In this document: positions 1 to 8,425 of the stretch, in pieces
Layout: the number at the start of each line of letters is the position of its first letter
How positions within the stretch are numbered: position 1 is the stretch's first letter
Assembly (NCBI GenBank): GCA_965648905.1
Contig: CBFGIT010000001.1
Location: 96,001 to 160,000 of the forward strand
Length of the DNA stretch: 64,000 nt
DNA from: a candidate division WOR-3 bacterium
GTDB lineage: Bacteria; Hydrothermota; Tepidihabitantia; Tepidihabitantales; Tepidihabitantaceae
Reading direction: 5' to 3'
The notes under the pieces: model-generated
Database searches by the model: none
Seen by the model: the letters and a program-made list of their open reading frames with translations, nothing else
What the model was told of the DNA's origin: nothing
Position numbers and translations under genes: made by a program

Positions 1-1812
1 CGTGAGCGGGTCGAAGTCGACGTACTGGACCAGCGGCGAGAGGATGGCGTCGTCTTCGGGCGGAGCAGGCGAGGCAGAGTGCGGCGTATCGGAGGAAGGC
101 GGGGAGGTGAAGGTGAAAAACCCGAAGGTGAGGTCGGGCCGGGCCTGGACTAGGGCAGTAATCCGTTCTGAGTCGGGGCCAAGAGTGGTGACGAGGAAGT
201 CGGCGACCGAGTGCAGCGCCGCCTCAAATGCACGTTCCCAGCCCGGACGGATCGAGAGGAATTGACTGACGCTGCCGAACAGGGTGTCGCCGAGCAGGGT
301 CCGGCAGACTTCGGCCTGGTCGGCCCGAGTTCGGGTTCTGAGCACGGCGAGGTCGGTTTCGCGCCGGACCCGTTCCTGATTGAGGCGGGTGTGGGCGTTC
401 CGGAGGTCTTTGAGCCGCTGGTTCAGGCCAGCCAGTTCGGTGCGCAGGGTTTCGGTGCGCCGGCAGATGGCCGCGACACTTTCGCGGAGCACGGCCCGAG
501 TCGCGTCGGCCTGCTCAAGTGCGGCCCGGGTCTCGGTCAGTCGGGCCGCAAGCGCGGCCTGTTCTTCGGCCAGCCGGGCCTGTTCCTCCGACTCGTTCTC
601 CTTCAGCGCCTCGACCCGGGCGAGTTCGGCCTGGAGCGCGGCCTGCTGTTCCATGAGGTCCTTGAGCTGGTGCTGCAGCGCCGCGTCGTGGTTCTTGAGG
701 CTGTAGAGCTTTTCTTCTCCGGCCCGAGTCGCCGACCGCTCGGCTTCAAGTGTCTGCTGATACCGGGCTACCAGTTCGCCGGCTTCGGCCAGCCGGGCAA
801 TGGTCCCGGCAAAGGCCTGTTCGAGCCGGGCAACACTTTCCAAGAGAACCTGGCGTTCCTGGTCGGTGCGGGCCGCGGCCGCGGCAAGGAAGTCAATCCG
901 CTGCCGGGCCAGCAGAATCCTGCCCTCGAGTTCGGCAACGACCCGGCGTTGCTCGTGCACCCGGCCGGCGGCCTGGTCCCGAGTCGCCTGAAGGTCGCGG
1001 AGTCTGGCCCGCTGGGTCTTGAGCGTCTCGTCGAGCCGGTGGATTTCATTGATGCGGGCACTGGCTGCCTGTTCCAGGACGCGGGCATCGGCCTGAAGAC
1101 GAGCCTGCTCGCGCTCGAGTTCGTCGTATTCTTCCTTGAGCGCGGCCAGGCGCAGCTCGTTTTCCTCGGCCCGGAGCCGGTTGTGGGCCCGGAGCCGGGC
1201 GGCCTGACGAGCAAGGCTGCGCACGAGCCGCTCGCGCTCGGCAATGATGTCGTCAAGGCGGAGAAGGTCGGCCTCGGTCAGGGCGAGTTTGCGTTGACAT
1301 TCGTCTTTGGCGTCCTGGTACTTGGCCAGGGTCGCGGCCTCCTCGAACATCTTACGGATGTTGCCCGAGATGATTTCGCGCATCTGACGGAGGTCGAAGA
1401 TTGAGTAGGCACGGGTGCCGGTGCCCGAGGACAGAAAGACGTCCTGAATATCCTTGAGCCGGCAGGGTTGACGGTTGAGGAAGTACTCGCTTTCTCCCGA
1501 GCGGAAGTAACGCCGGCGGATTTCGATCTCTGAGGCTGGCCCGGCGTCGTCGTCCGCGGCCAGTACCAGTCTGACCTCGGCGTAGTTGGTCGGCGGAACG
1601 GTGGCGGTGCCGCCGAAAACAACGTCTTCGTTACGGCCACAGCGCAGCAGGGAGAACGACTGCTCGCCGAGAACCCAGCGCAACGAGTCGAGCACATTGG
1701 TCTTGCCGCAGCCATTGGGCCCGACAATCGCATTGATGCCCGGCGCGAAGCGCAGTACGGTCCTTTCCTGGAAAGACTTGAAGCCGATGAGCACGAGCTC
1801 GCGGATGCGCAC
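1..1812 (-). CDS. smc: Chromosome segregation protein SMC (5' part, runs off the left edge)
   Basis: Minus-strand translation from GTG 1812 reads VRIRELVLIGFKSF...AIVGPNGCGKTNVLDSLRWVLGEQS...DVVFGGT (SMC N-terminal Walker A), then long coiled coil. Absent from the ORF track because no stop lies in the window. Confidence 0.93.
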   Translation of the reverse strand, partial: MRIRELVLIGFKSFQERTVLRFAPGINAIVGPNGCGKTNVLDSLRWVLGEQSFSLLRCGRNEDVVFGGTATVPPTNYAEVRLVLAADDDAGPASEIEIRRRYFRSGESEYFLNRQPCRLKDIQDVFLSSGTGTRAYSIFDLRQMREIISGNIRKMFEEAATLAKYQDAKDECQRKLALTEADLLRLDDIIAERERLVRSLARQAARLRAHNRLRAEENELRLAALKEEYDELEREQARLQADARVLEQAASARINEIHRLDETLKTQRARLRDLQATRDQAAGRVHEQRRVVAELEGRILLARQRIDFLAAAAARTDQERQVLLESVARLEQAFAGTIARLAEAGELVARYQQTLEAERSATRAGEEKLYSLKNHDAALQHQLKDLMEQQAALQAELARVEALKENESEEQARLAEEQAALAARLTETRAALEQADATRAVLRESVAAICRRTETLRTELAGLNQRLKDLRNAHTRLNQERVRRETDLAVLRTRTRADQAEVCRTLLGDTLFGSVSQFLSIRPGWERAFEAALHSVADFLVTTLGPDSERITALVQARPDLTFGFFTFTSPPSSDTPHSASPAPPEDDAILSPLVQYVDFDPLT

Positions 1813-1880
1813 GAGCAAATATAGAAACCTCGTCCGCACAAGTCAACTGACGCTTGAACTGAATCGGCTGCGACCGAGCG

Positions 1881-3005
1881 TCAGGGAGCCGGGGCTCGGG
1901 GCGGATTGCGCATCCTGAGCTCGGCAAGGCGCGTCGCCAGGGTGGCGCTGTCCATGCCGGTGGTGTCGAACGGTAGTCTATCGCCCGAGTCGGAAACGGG
2001 CAGCACATGGTCGGCCGTAACGTAAGCCGGGACCGAGAAGTTCTGCTGAGTCATGAAGTCGAGCGCGTCAAGTTCGGCCTCATCGTGAAGGAATGCCCGG
2101 GCCTGTTTCTCGATTTCACGATAGACCGGCAGGTAGCAGGATAAGGTCATGCCGTAGCGGTTGAGGGTGACGTCGGCTCCGTACCCGACCAGCACCGCCG
2201 GTCTGATGGCGGCCGGTTGGAATCCGGCCCGGCGGAGCTGGCCGGCAATCTGGTTGACTTCCGGGCCGGTCAGGTCGGTGTCCGGGCCGAGAACTGCCAG
2301 GACCCGGCGCAGCAGACCGTCACCGAGGCGGGTATTGGCCAGCCACCAGGTACGGCAGATAATCTGTTTCACCAGCGTGACCGCGTTGCGACAGCGGTCA
2401 ACATCGTCGAAAGGCAGGTTGTTGCGTTGCCGGGCCAGCTTGAGTGCGGCTTCGCGGTCAGCGAGCCGCCGACCACGGACATCGAGCACGCCGACAAACG
2501 AACGGAGCAGGTCATAGACGATGCGGAACGAGTCGAAGTCAAAGGCAATCGAGCGGTGGATAGCGATGCCGAGCAGATGCTCGAGGGTCCGGCGCAGCAG
2601 TTGGTCGCCGCCGATGGCATAGGTGTGGTTGACCTTCTCCATGTTGGCGAAGTCGACGGCCGAGGCGGCACGGGTGATGCCGGGTACCTCGACCAGCAGG
2701 TCGCGCGGCACTGCGACCAGATTGACCGCAGGCCGGTCGAAGTTGATGTGGCCGATGATGATGATGTCGGAATGGGATCGTTCTTCCCGTCTGATGCGGA
2801 TGGTGCCGCGGTCTTCGGACGGATTCAGCGCCCGGGCGTCTTTGCCGACGATAAGGATATTCAGGCTGCCGGTCGGGCCGGTCGGCAAGGCATCGGTGTG
2901 CTGGGTCCGGGAAGGCAGGAAGAGATAGAGCGCCGCACCGAGCAGGATGACCGAAAGCAGGACCAATGCCGGCATGAGCAACCCGCGGTGTTTCTTCATC
3001 CGCAC
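1881..3005 (-). CDS. LytR-CpsA-Psr (LCP) family protein
   Basis: N-terminal TM helix; NILIVGKD, SDIII, VPRDLLVE, KVNHTYAIGG motifs. Confidence 0.85.
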   Translation of the reverse strand: MRMKKHRGLLMPALVLLSVILLGAALYLFLPSRTQHTDALPTGPTGSLNILIVGKDARALNPSEDRGTIRIRREERSHSDIIIIGHINFDRPAVNLVAVPRDLLVEVPGITRAASAVDFANMEKVNHTYAIGGDQLLRRTLEHLLGIAIHRSIAFDFDSFRIVYDLLRSFVGVLDVRGRRLADREAALKLARQRNNLPFDDVDRCRNAVTLVKQIICRTWWLANTRLGDGLLRRVLAVLGPDTDLTGPEVNQIAGQLRRAGFQPAAIRPAVLVGYGADVTLNRYGMTLSCYLPVYREIEKQARAFLHDEAELDALDFMTQQNFSVPAYVTADHVLPVSDSGDRLPFDTTGMDSATLATRLAELRMRNPPRAPAP

Positions 3006-4277
3006 CTAGTCGGCGACGCTCAGCCGAATCGGGTAGCCGGCGAACCTGACCAGCTTCCTCAATTCCGAGGCCGCGAACCGCTCCCAGGCCGGGTCGAGAG
3101 CGCAGGGCCGACTCAGCCGCAGAAGAAAACGGGGCGGCCGGATTCCGACCTGGCTCAGTCCCAGGACCCGCACGTCAGGCCGGGGTGGGTGGGACTCAAG
3201 TCGGGGCAGGACGTCCTGACGCAGCCGTGAGCGGGGAATCGTCTTCGCGCCCGAATCCCATACCCGGCCGGCACGGCGCACGATTTCACTGACACCCTGG
3301 CCGTGCAAGACCGAGGAGAAGACGACCGGCACATGGCTGACAAAAGCCAGCTCCTTCTTCACCCAGGCACGCACCAACTCCCTCTTGTCCTCGGGAACAA
3401 GGTCCAGCTTGTTGGCGACGATGACCATGCCTTTGTTCCGCTCTTCGACCAGGTTGACCACGCGCTTGTCCTGGTTGGTCGGCCCGTCAAATGCATCGAA
3501 CATCACTAGGGCGACGTCGCAGCGCTCAATCTGGTCAATCGCCCGAGTTACTGAGTAGTACTCGACCGCCTCTCTGACCCTGGGCTTGCGGCGGATACCA
3601 GCAGTGTCGAGCAGCCGCCAGACCCGGCCGTCAAGCTCGAACTCGTCTTCGACCACATCGCGGGTTGTGCCCGGCGTGGCGGTCACGATTGAGCGCTGCC
3701 GACCGAGCAGCGCATTGAGGAGAGATGACTTGCCGACATTGGGCCGGCCGAGGATCGCCAAGACCAGTGCGGCGGGGGTCGAGCTGCGACCAACTGAAGG
3801 GAGGCGGGCCACGACCGCGTCGAGTAGTTCGTCAACGCCGGTTCCCTGCTCCGCGGACATCGGCACCACGAGTTCGGCACCAAGTTTGTGGAACTCGCCG
3901 GAGTCAAAGACCCGCTTTCGGTCGAGCTTGTTGACGGCAACGATGAAACGACGCCCGGCCCGGCGCAGGCGCGCCGCGATTTCTTCGTCGAGCGGCGCAA
4001 GCCCGGCAGCACCGTCGGTGACAAGCACGATTACCCGGGCGTCGGACAAGGCAATCTGAACCTGGCGCTCGACTTCCCGCGCGATTTCCTCGGCCGAATC
4101 CGGCACCAGCCCGCCGGTATCGACGACCTTGAATCGGCGGCCGAGCCAGTCTGCTTCGCGGATGATACGGTCTCGGGTGATACCCGGCTGCTGGAGCGTA
4201 ATGGCAACCCGACCGCCCACCAGGCGGTTGAAGAGCGTTGACTTGCCGGTATTGGGCCGGCCGACGAGAACGACGAT
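3006..4277 (-). CDS. der: Ribosome biogenesis GTPase Der (EngA); no canonical start codon
   Basis: Two G domains (VGRPNTGKST/DTGG/NKLD and GRPNVGKSS/DTAG/NKLD). The first G1 lies upstream of the track ORF; only ATC 4277 or ATA 4286/4289 is available before an in-frame TAG at 4293-4295. Confidence 0.9.
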   Translation of the reverse strand: MVVLVGRPNTGKSTLFNRLVGGRVAITLQQPGITRDRIIREADWLGRRFKVVDTGGLVPDSAEEIAREVERQVQIALSDARVIVLVTDGAAGLAPLDEEIAARLRRAGRRFIVAVNKLDRKRVFDSGEFHKLGAELVVPMSAEQGTGVDELLDAVVARLPSVGRSSTPAALVLAILGRPNVGKSSLLNALLGRQRSIVTATPGTTRDVVEDEFELDGRVWRLLDTAGIRRKPRVREAVEYYSVTRAIDQIERCDVALVMFDAFDGPTNQDKRVVNLVEERNKGMVIVANKLDLVPEDKRELVRAWVKKELAFVSHVPVVFSSVLHGQGVSEIVRRAGRVWDSGAKTIPRSRLRQDVLPRLESHPPRPDVRVLGLSQVGIRPPRFLLRLSRPCALDPAWERFAASELRKLVRFAGYPIRLSVAD

Positions 4278-4347
4278 GAAGGCTATTATAGACTAACCCG
4301 GACCGAAGCCAAGTTTGGCCCGGGCGGATCTCTCGGCCGCTACTCAG

Positions 4348-5085
4348 CTAAGTAGCCTGCGTTCGGCCTGACCTTGCGGCCTTGGCCCAAGCCTCGCAGG
4401 ACCGGGGGTTGTAGAGCACCGTGGTGCCGGTTCGGCTGGCTGCGCCCGGGCCGAACCCGGCGCTGTCCTGTCCGGCGGCGGCATCAACAAGATGACGACA
4501 CTCGTGGCCCGGGCGGCAGAAGTGATGAGGCAGGTACTCGAAATATCCGGGCAGACCGTTGCCGGGTAGACAGGCAAGAGCGAGATGGTCCGGTTCGAGT
4601 CTCTGCACGAGATCAGGCATGTTTGTGTATCGGGGCAGCTCGGAGAGCTCCAGTCCGACCGTCCTGAACCCGGCGTCGCGGAGAACGGCAAACTGATGCT
4701 CCAGGTCGCTGGTCCTGGTCGCCCGCAGTTCAACCCGGTCAAACCCGGACTCGAACAGGACCTTGGCTCGACCGGTGTCTACGGTCTCGGGCAGCACGAC
4801 CAAGGTTTGTTCGACCGGCAAAATGGAGACCGAGTCGTAGAGCACCTGGAGGATGCGGTAGAGCTGGTTCAGGCTCAGGCAGGACGGGCCGCACCCGCCG
4901 AAGTAGACTGTGCTGAAAGTACGACCTTTGAGTGCCGGCGCTCGAGCAGCAATCTCCCGGCAGAGCGCCGAAACGAACCTGTCTCCGGCCTGGGGGGAGA
5001 ACTCGACCGGACGAACGCCGGTGCGCCAGTCCGGTTCCTGACCAAACGGCACGGAGACAAACACGCCGCCGGCCGGTTTGGCCAT
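4348..5085 (-). CDS. Degenerate HemN/HemW-like radical SAM-fold protein lacking CxxxCxxC
   Basis: FVSVPF and TVYFGGCGPSCL resemble HemN YIHIPFC and TIYFGGGTPS; GFGPGAAS resembles GLGAGA; the cluster cysteines are absent. Confidence 0.6.
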   Translation of the reverse strand: MAKPAGGVFVSVPFGQEPDWRTGVRPVEFSPQAGDRFVSALCREIAARAPALKGRTFSTVYFGGCGPSCLSLNQLYRILQVLYDSVSILPVEQTLVVLPETVDTGRAKVLFESGFDRVELRATRTSDLEHQFAVLRDAGFRTVGLELSELPRYTNMPDLVQRLEPDHLALACLPGNGLPGYFEYLPHHFCRPGHECRHLVDAAAGQDSAGFGPGAASRTGTTVLYNPRSCEAWAKAARSGRTQAT

Positions 5086-5094
5086 CTGCCTGCT

Positions 5095-5904
5095 CTAGCG
5101 GACGATGCGGCCAATGCGACTCAGCCGCACGGCCCACGGCGACAGGACGATGCGGGCAATGTTCGGTGCGGCCGACGACGAGAAGTAGAGGACGAGCGGC
5201 TTGCCCTTGAGGTGCCTCAGTTCGAGCGGGCCCCAGAACCGCGCATCTTCAGAGTTATCGCGATTGTCGCCCATCACGAAGATACAGCCTTCCGGCACAA
5301 CCACCGGGCCGAACCGGTCGCGGATATAGGGCGACAGTTCAGTCTGGTAGAACCGCCGGTCCTGCCACAGTCGGGCGAAGTCGGCCGGCATCGGGTCGAA
5401 CCCGGGCAAGGTGCGGTAGTCCTTATGCACGACGAACGGCTCAGATTGGAGCCGGCCGTTGATATGAAGCTGTTTGTCACGGTACTCGACCGTGTCGCCG
5501 GCCACGGCCACACAGCGCTTGATGAAGTTACGCGGCACGTACCAGTTGAAGAAACGGGTCTGCCGGTCCCAGAACAGGGGCAGAAGCTGCAGCCCGGGTG
5601 GAAAGAGCCGGACAAAACGCTCAGGCGGACCGGGCAGGTCGCCATCCACCGGGAACCGGAATACGACGATGTCACCGCGCTTCGGGCTGGACACAGGGAC
5701 CACGGTCCGGTCGGAGAAAGGCAGTTTCACGCCGTAGACGAACTTGTTGACGAGCATGAAATCGCCGATGAGGATCGTGTCCTCCATCGAGCCGGTCGGG
5801 ACCATGAACGCCTCAACGAGGAAAGAGCGGATGAGCAGGACCGCGAGGATGACCGGGGTCCATTCCCGGGCGAAGTTCCTGACCGACGAGCCAAGACGCT
5901 TCAT
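5095..5904 (-). CDS. lepB: Signal peptidase I
   Basis: VPTGSMEDT (catalytic Ser), FIKRC (Lys), GDNRDNSEDARFWG; TTGACG-17-TATACT promoter upstream supports the ATG at 5904. Confidence 0.95.
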   Translation of the reverse strand: MKRLGSSVRNFAREWTPVILAVLLIRSFLVEAFMVPTGSMEDTILIGDFMLVNKFVYGVKLPFSDRTVVPVSSPKRGDIVVFRFPVDGDLPGPPERFVRLFPPGLQLLPLFWDRQTRFFNWYVPRNFIKRCVAVAGDTVEYRDKQLHINGRLQSEPFVVHKDYRTLPGFDPMPADFARLWQDRRFYQTELSPYIRDRFGPVVVPEGCIFVMGDNRDNSEDARFWGPLELRHLKGKPLVLYFSSSAAPNIARIVLSPWAVRLSRIGRIVR

Positions 5905-7390
5905 CAGGTAGAACCGTGGCAGCAGAGCATAACCTGTCAGTATAGAACCCAGCTCAGGTTGCGTCAAGCCAGGCCACCAGCCCCTAGTTCCGACATTGGG
6001 ACCTCGATTCCGGTGAAAAAAGAAGCTGCTCCCCTCGTATCACCTGCGTCCAAACACTATATGACAGTTCACCCGTCAGGTGAAGAAAGGAGCAGCCAGA
6101 TGTTTAGACCAATGCTAACCCAGAAACGGCTCGACTTCCAGCTTGCGCCAACCTCCGATACTATCACCAGTCGGGCCTGCCCGCGCCCAGGCAGGCGGGC
6201 AGGTCTGGCCCTGTTTTCAGGAAGCCGCGCTGGCACTGGGTGTCCGCAGGAGCCATCTTGGCAGTCGATTCTCACTCTGCCTTCGGCCTTTGTCCGCACT
6301 CCTGCCTCCTTTCGTCTTTTCTGCACCTCTGCCATTCTGCACTCTGCAATCTGTATTCTGCCTTCGTCCTACCATATGACCATCCCCTGGCTGGTAAGGG
6401 GGACGGTTCCCCTTTCGGAACCCCCTGCCCCGACCCCGGCCGAAACCCGTTGGGCAGCCCCAGGCGAAGCGGCTACGCCTTCCCCTGCCCCAGTCCTTTC
6501 GGCAACCCCTGCGCCTGTCGCCGCCCCGGGGGGTTCGGCGGCCCGCGCCCAGGCCCGATGCGTTCGCGGGTCCCCAACCCAGACCCAGACCGGTGCCGAC
6601 CCCCCTGCCCATCCGCCCGCGCCTCCCCTTGCCCAGACCACCGCAGTACCCCTCAGCCCGGCAGAGAAGACGACACCAGAGACCATCCGGACCATCCGGT
6701 TTGCCCGCAAGCGTCTGATAACGGCCGATGCCACAAATGTGTCCGCACTCCGAAACCCATCAGACGACGGTCTACTTAGTCAATCGGACTACCAACCGCG
6801 TGATCCCATCAAGTCCGAAGCTCAATATCGGGATTGGGGACCAGGGGGCCGGAATCTCTCCTGTCGTGGTCACGATTCCGGCAGCGGGCAGAGCAGTCCT
6901 ACCGCTTCTCTCACCACTGCCCACGCGAGCGCTGCCAGACCCGGTGTCGAGTCCGGCCCTGCGCACGACCGCCAACCTGCCCCCGGACCAGCCTTGGGGC
7001 CCGCAACCGCAACCGGCAGCCCTGATGCTGCCCGTCCTGCAACCGCACCCGCCGCCACAACCGGCAAGACATCTGACTCCAGCTCCGACGCGGCAGATGC
7101 CGGCCCAGCCGGCTTCTCGCCCGAACTCGGGTTCGGCAAGGGGAGCCACTCCCCCACTCGCTCCCAGAGCCACCCGAAAGACCCGGCGCGAAACTGAGGA
7201 CTAGGCTCCAAGTCTCGCAAATGCAAGACTTAACCCGACTGGTCGTGCTTGTGCAATGCGCGGCTCTAGTCAACGCCGGCCTGACTGCATTCCGCCTGGG
7301 GTTTGTCTCTTGGCTTCTACTCTGCCTGTCGCTGTGTCGCCGCCGCTTTGGCCGTCAGTGCCCAGGGGCCAGTGCCTGACGCGCACGCAC

Positions 7391-7437
7391 TGCACCATGC
7401 GGTGCAAGCTTGACTTGGTCGCATTGCGCTCTAGACT
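7391..7437 (+). promoter_or_regulatory. Putative cas operon promoter with upstream inverted repeat
   Basis: TGCACC-ATGC-GGTGCA (7391-7406) just before TTGACT-16-TAGACT (7410-7437). Confidence 0.5.
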
Positions 7438-7510
7438 TCGACTCAACAAGCTGCCCCGGCAGAACGCATTGGTTCGGGCAATGCCGCCTGCCGGGGAGCG
7501 CGAGGGAAAG

Positions 7511-8425
7511 ATGAGAGTTGTACGTCTGAGTGTAGAACTGACCGCTCGTGAACCGGCCCGGCTGCCGCGTTACAAAGGCGCTGTTGTCCGCGGCGGTTTC
7601 GGACTTGCGTTTCGGCGGGTGAGCTGTCCGTTCCCGAAACGCGAGTGTGCTGACTGCCTGCTCGTGAAGCAGTGCGTCTGGTCGTACGTCTTCAACACGC
7701 CCCGACCGGACAACGCCACGGTCATGCGCAAATACGAAACCATTCCCCGGCCCTTTGTCATCGAGCCGCCAGAAGACCAGCGCACCCGGCTTGAGCTCCG
7801 CGACCAACTGCAGTTCGGACTTGTCCTGGTCGGCCGGGCAATCGAGCACATCCCCTACTTCATCTACGCCTTTGAGCAGATGGCCGAGCAGGGGCTGGGA
7901 ACAGGCCGGGGCCGGTTTGCCCTGACCGCGGTCCGACAGGATGGTACGCTCTTTTTCGACAGCAGGGCCAAGTGCTTTGTCACCCCGCTCAGGACGATGT
8001 CACTCGAGCTGGCACCCGGCGCTGACAACCCGGCCCGCGTCACCCTCTACTTCACAACTCCGCTCCGAATCATCCACGAAGGCAGAATGGTACGCCGACC
8101 CGAGTTCCATATCCTGATGCGGGCTCTGCTCCGGCGTCTCGGCCTGCTTGCCTACTTTCATGACCAGCCGGTCGAGCTTGACTACAAGACCCTTATCGGG
8201 CAAGCTGAGAGCGTACCGATGGTGGACTGCGCCCTTGCCCGAGTCGAATGGCGCCGCTTCTCCTCGCGTCAAGACCGCGTGGTCGAGATGGAAGGCATGG
8301 AAGGCAGGGCGACGTACGAAGGCAATGTTGGTCTGTTCCTGCCCTTCCTGAAAGCGGGCGAAATACTCCACGTCGGCAAGGGCACAACTTTCGGCATGGG
8401 CAAATACAAGATGGAGGTGAGATGA
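7511..8425 (+). CDS. cas6: CRISPR pre-crRNA endoribonuclease Cas6
   Basis: GAVVRGGFG, Cys cluster, PRPFVIEP, C-terminal G-rich loop HVGKGTTFGMG; ATGA overlap with cas10. Confidence 0.92.
   Translation: MRVVRLSVELTAREPARLPRYKGAVVRGGFGLAFRRVSCPFPKRECADCLLVKQCVWSYVFNTPRPDNATVMRKYETIPRPFVIEPPEDQRTRLELRDQLQFGLVLVGRAIEHIPYFIYAFEQMAEQGLGTGRGRFALTAVRQDGTLFFDSRAKCFVTPLRTMSLELAPGADNPARVTLYFTTPLRIIHEGRMVRRPEFHILMRALLRRLGLLAYFHDQPVELDYKTLIGQAESVPMVDCALARVEWRRFSSRQDRVVEMEGMEGRATYEGNVGLFLPFLKAGEILHVGKGTTFGMGKYKMEVR

Noticed and set aside
211..1404. 397-aa plus-strand ORF
   Set aside because: Shadow of smc on the minus strand.
4585..7197. 870-aa plus-strand ORF
   Set aside because: Antisense shadow of lepB and the HemN-like gene running into low-complexity DNA; no recognisable motifs.
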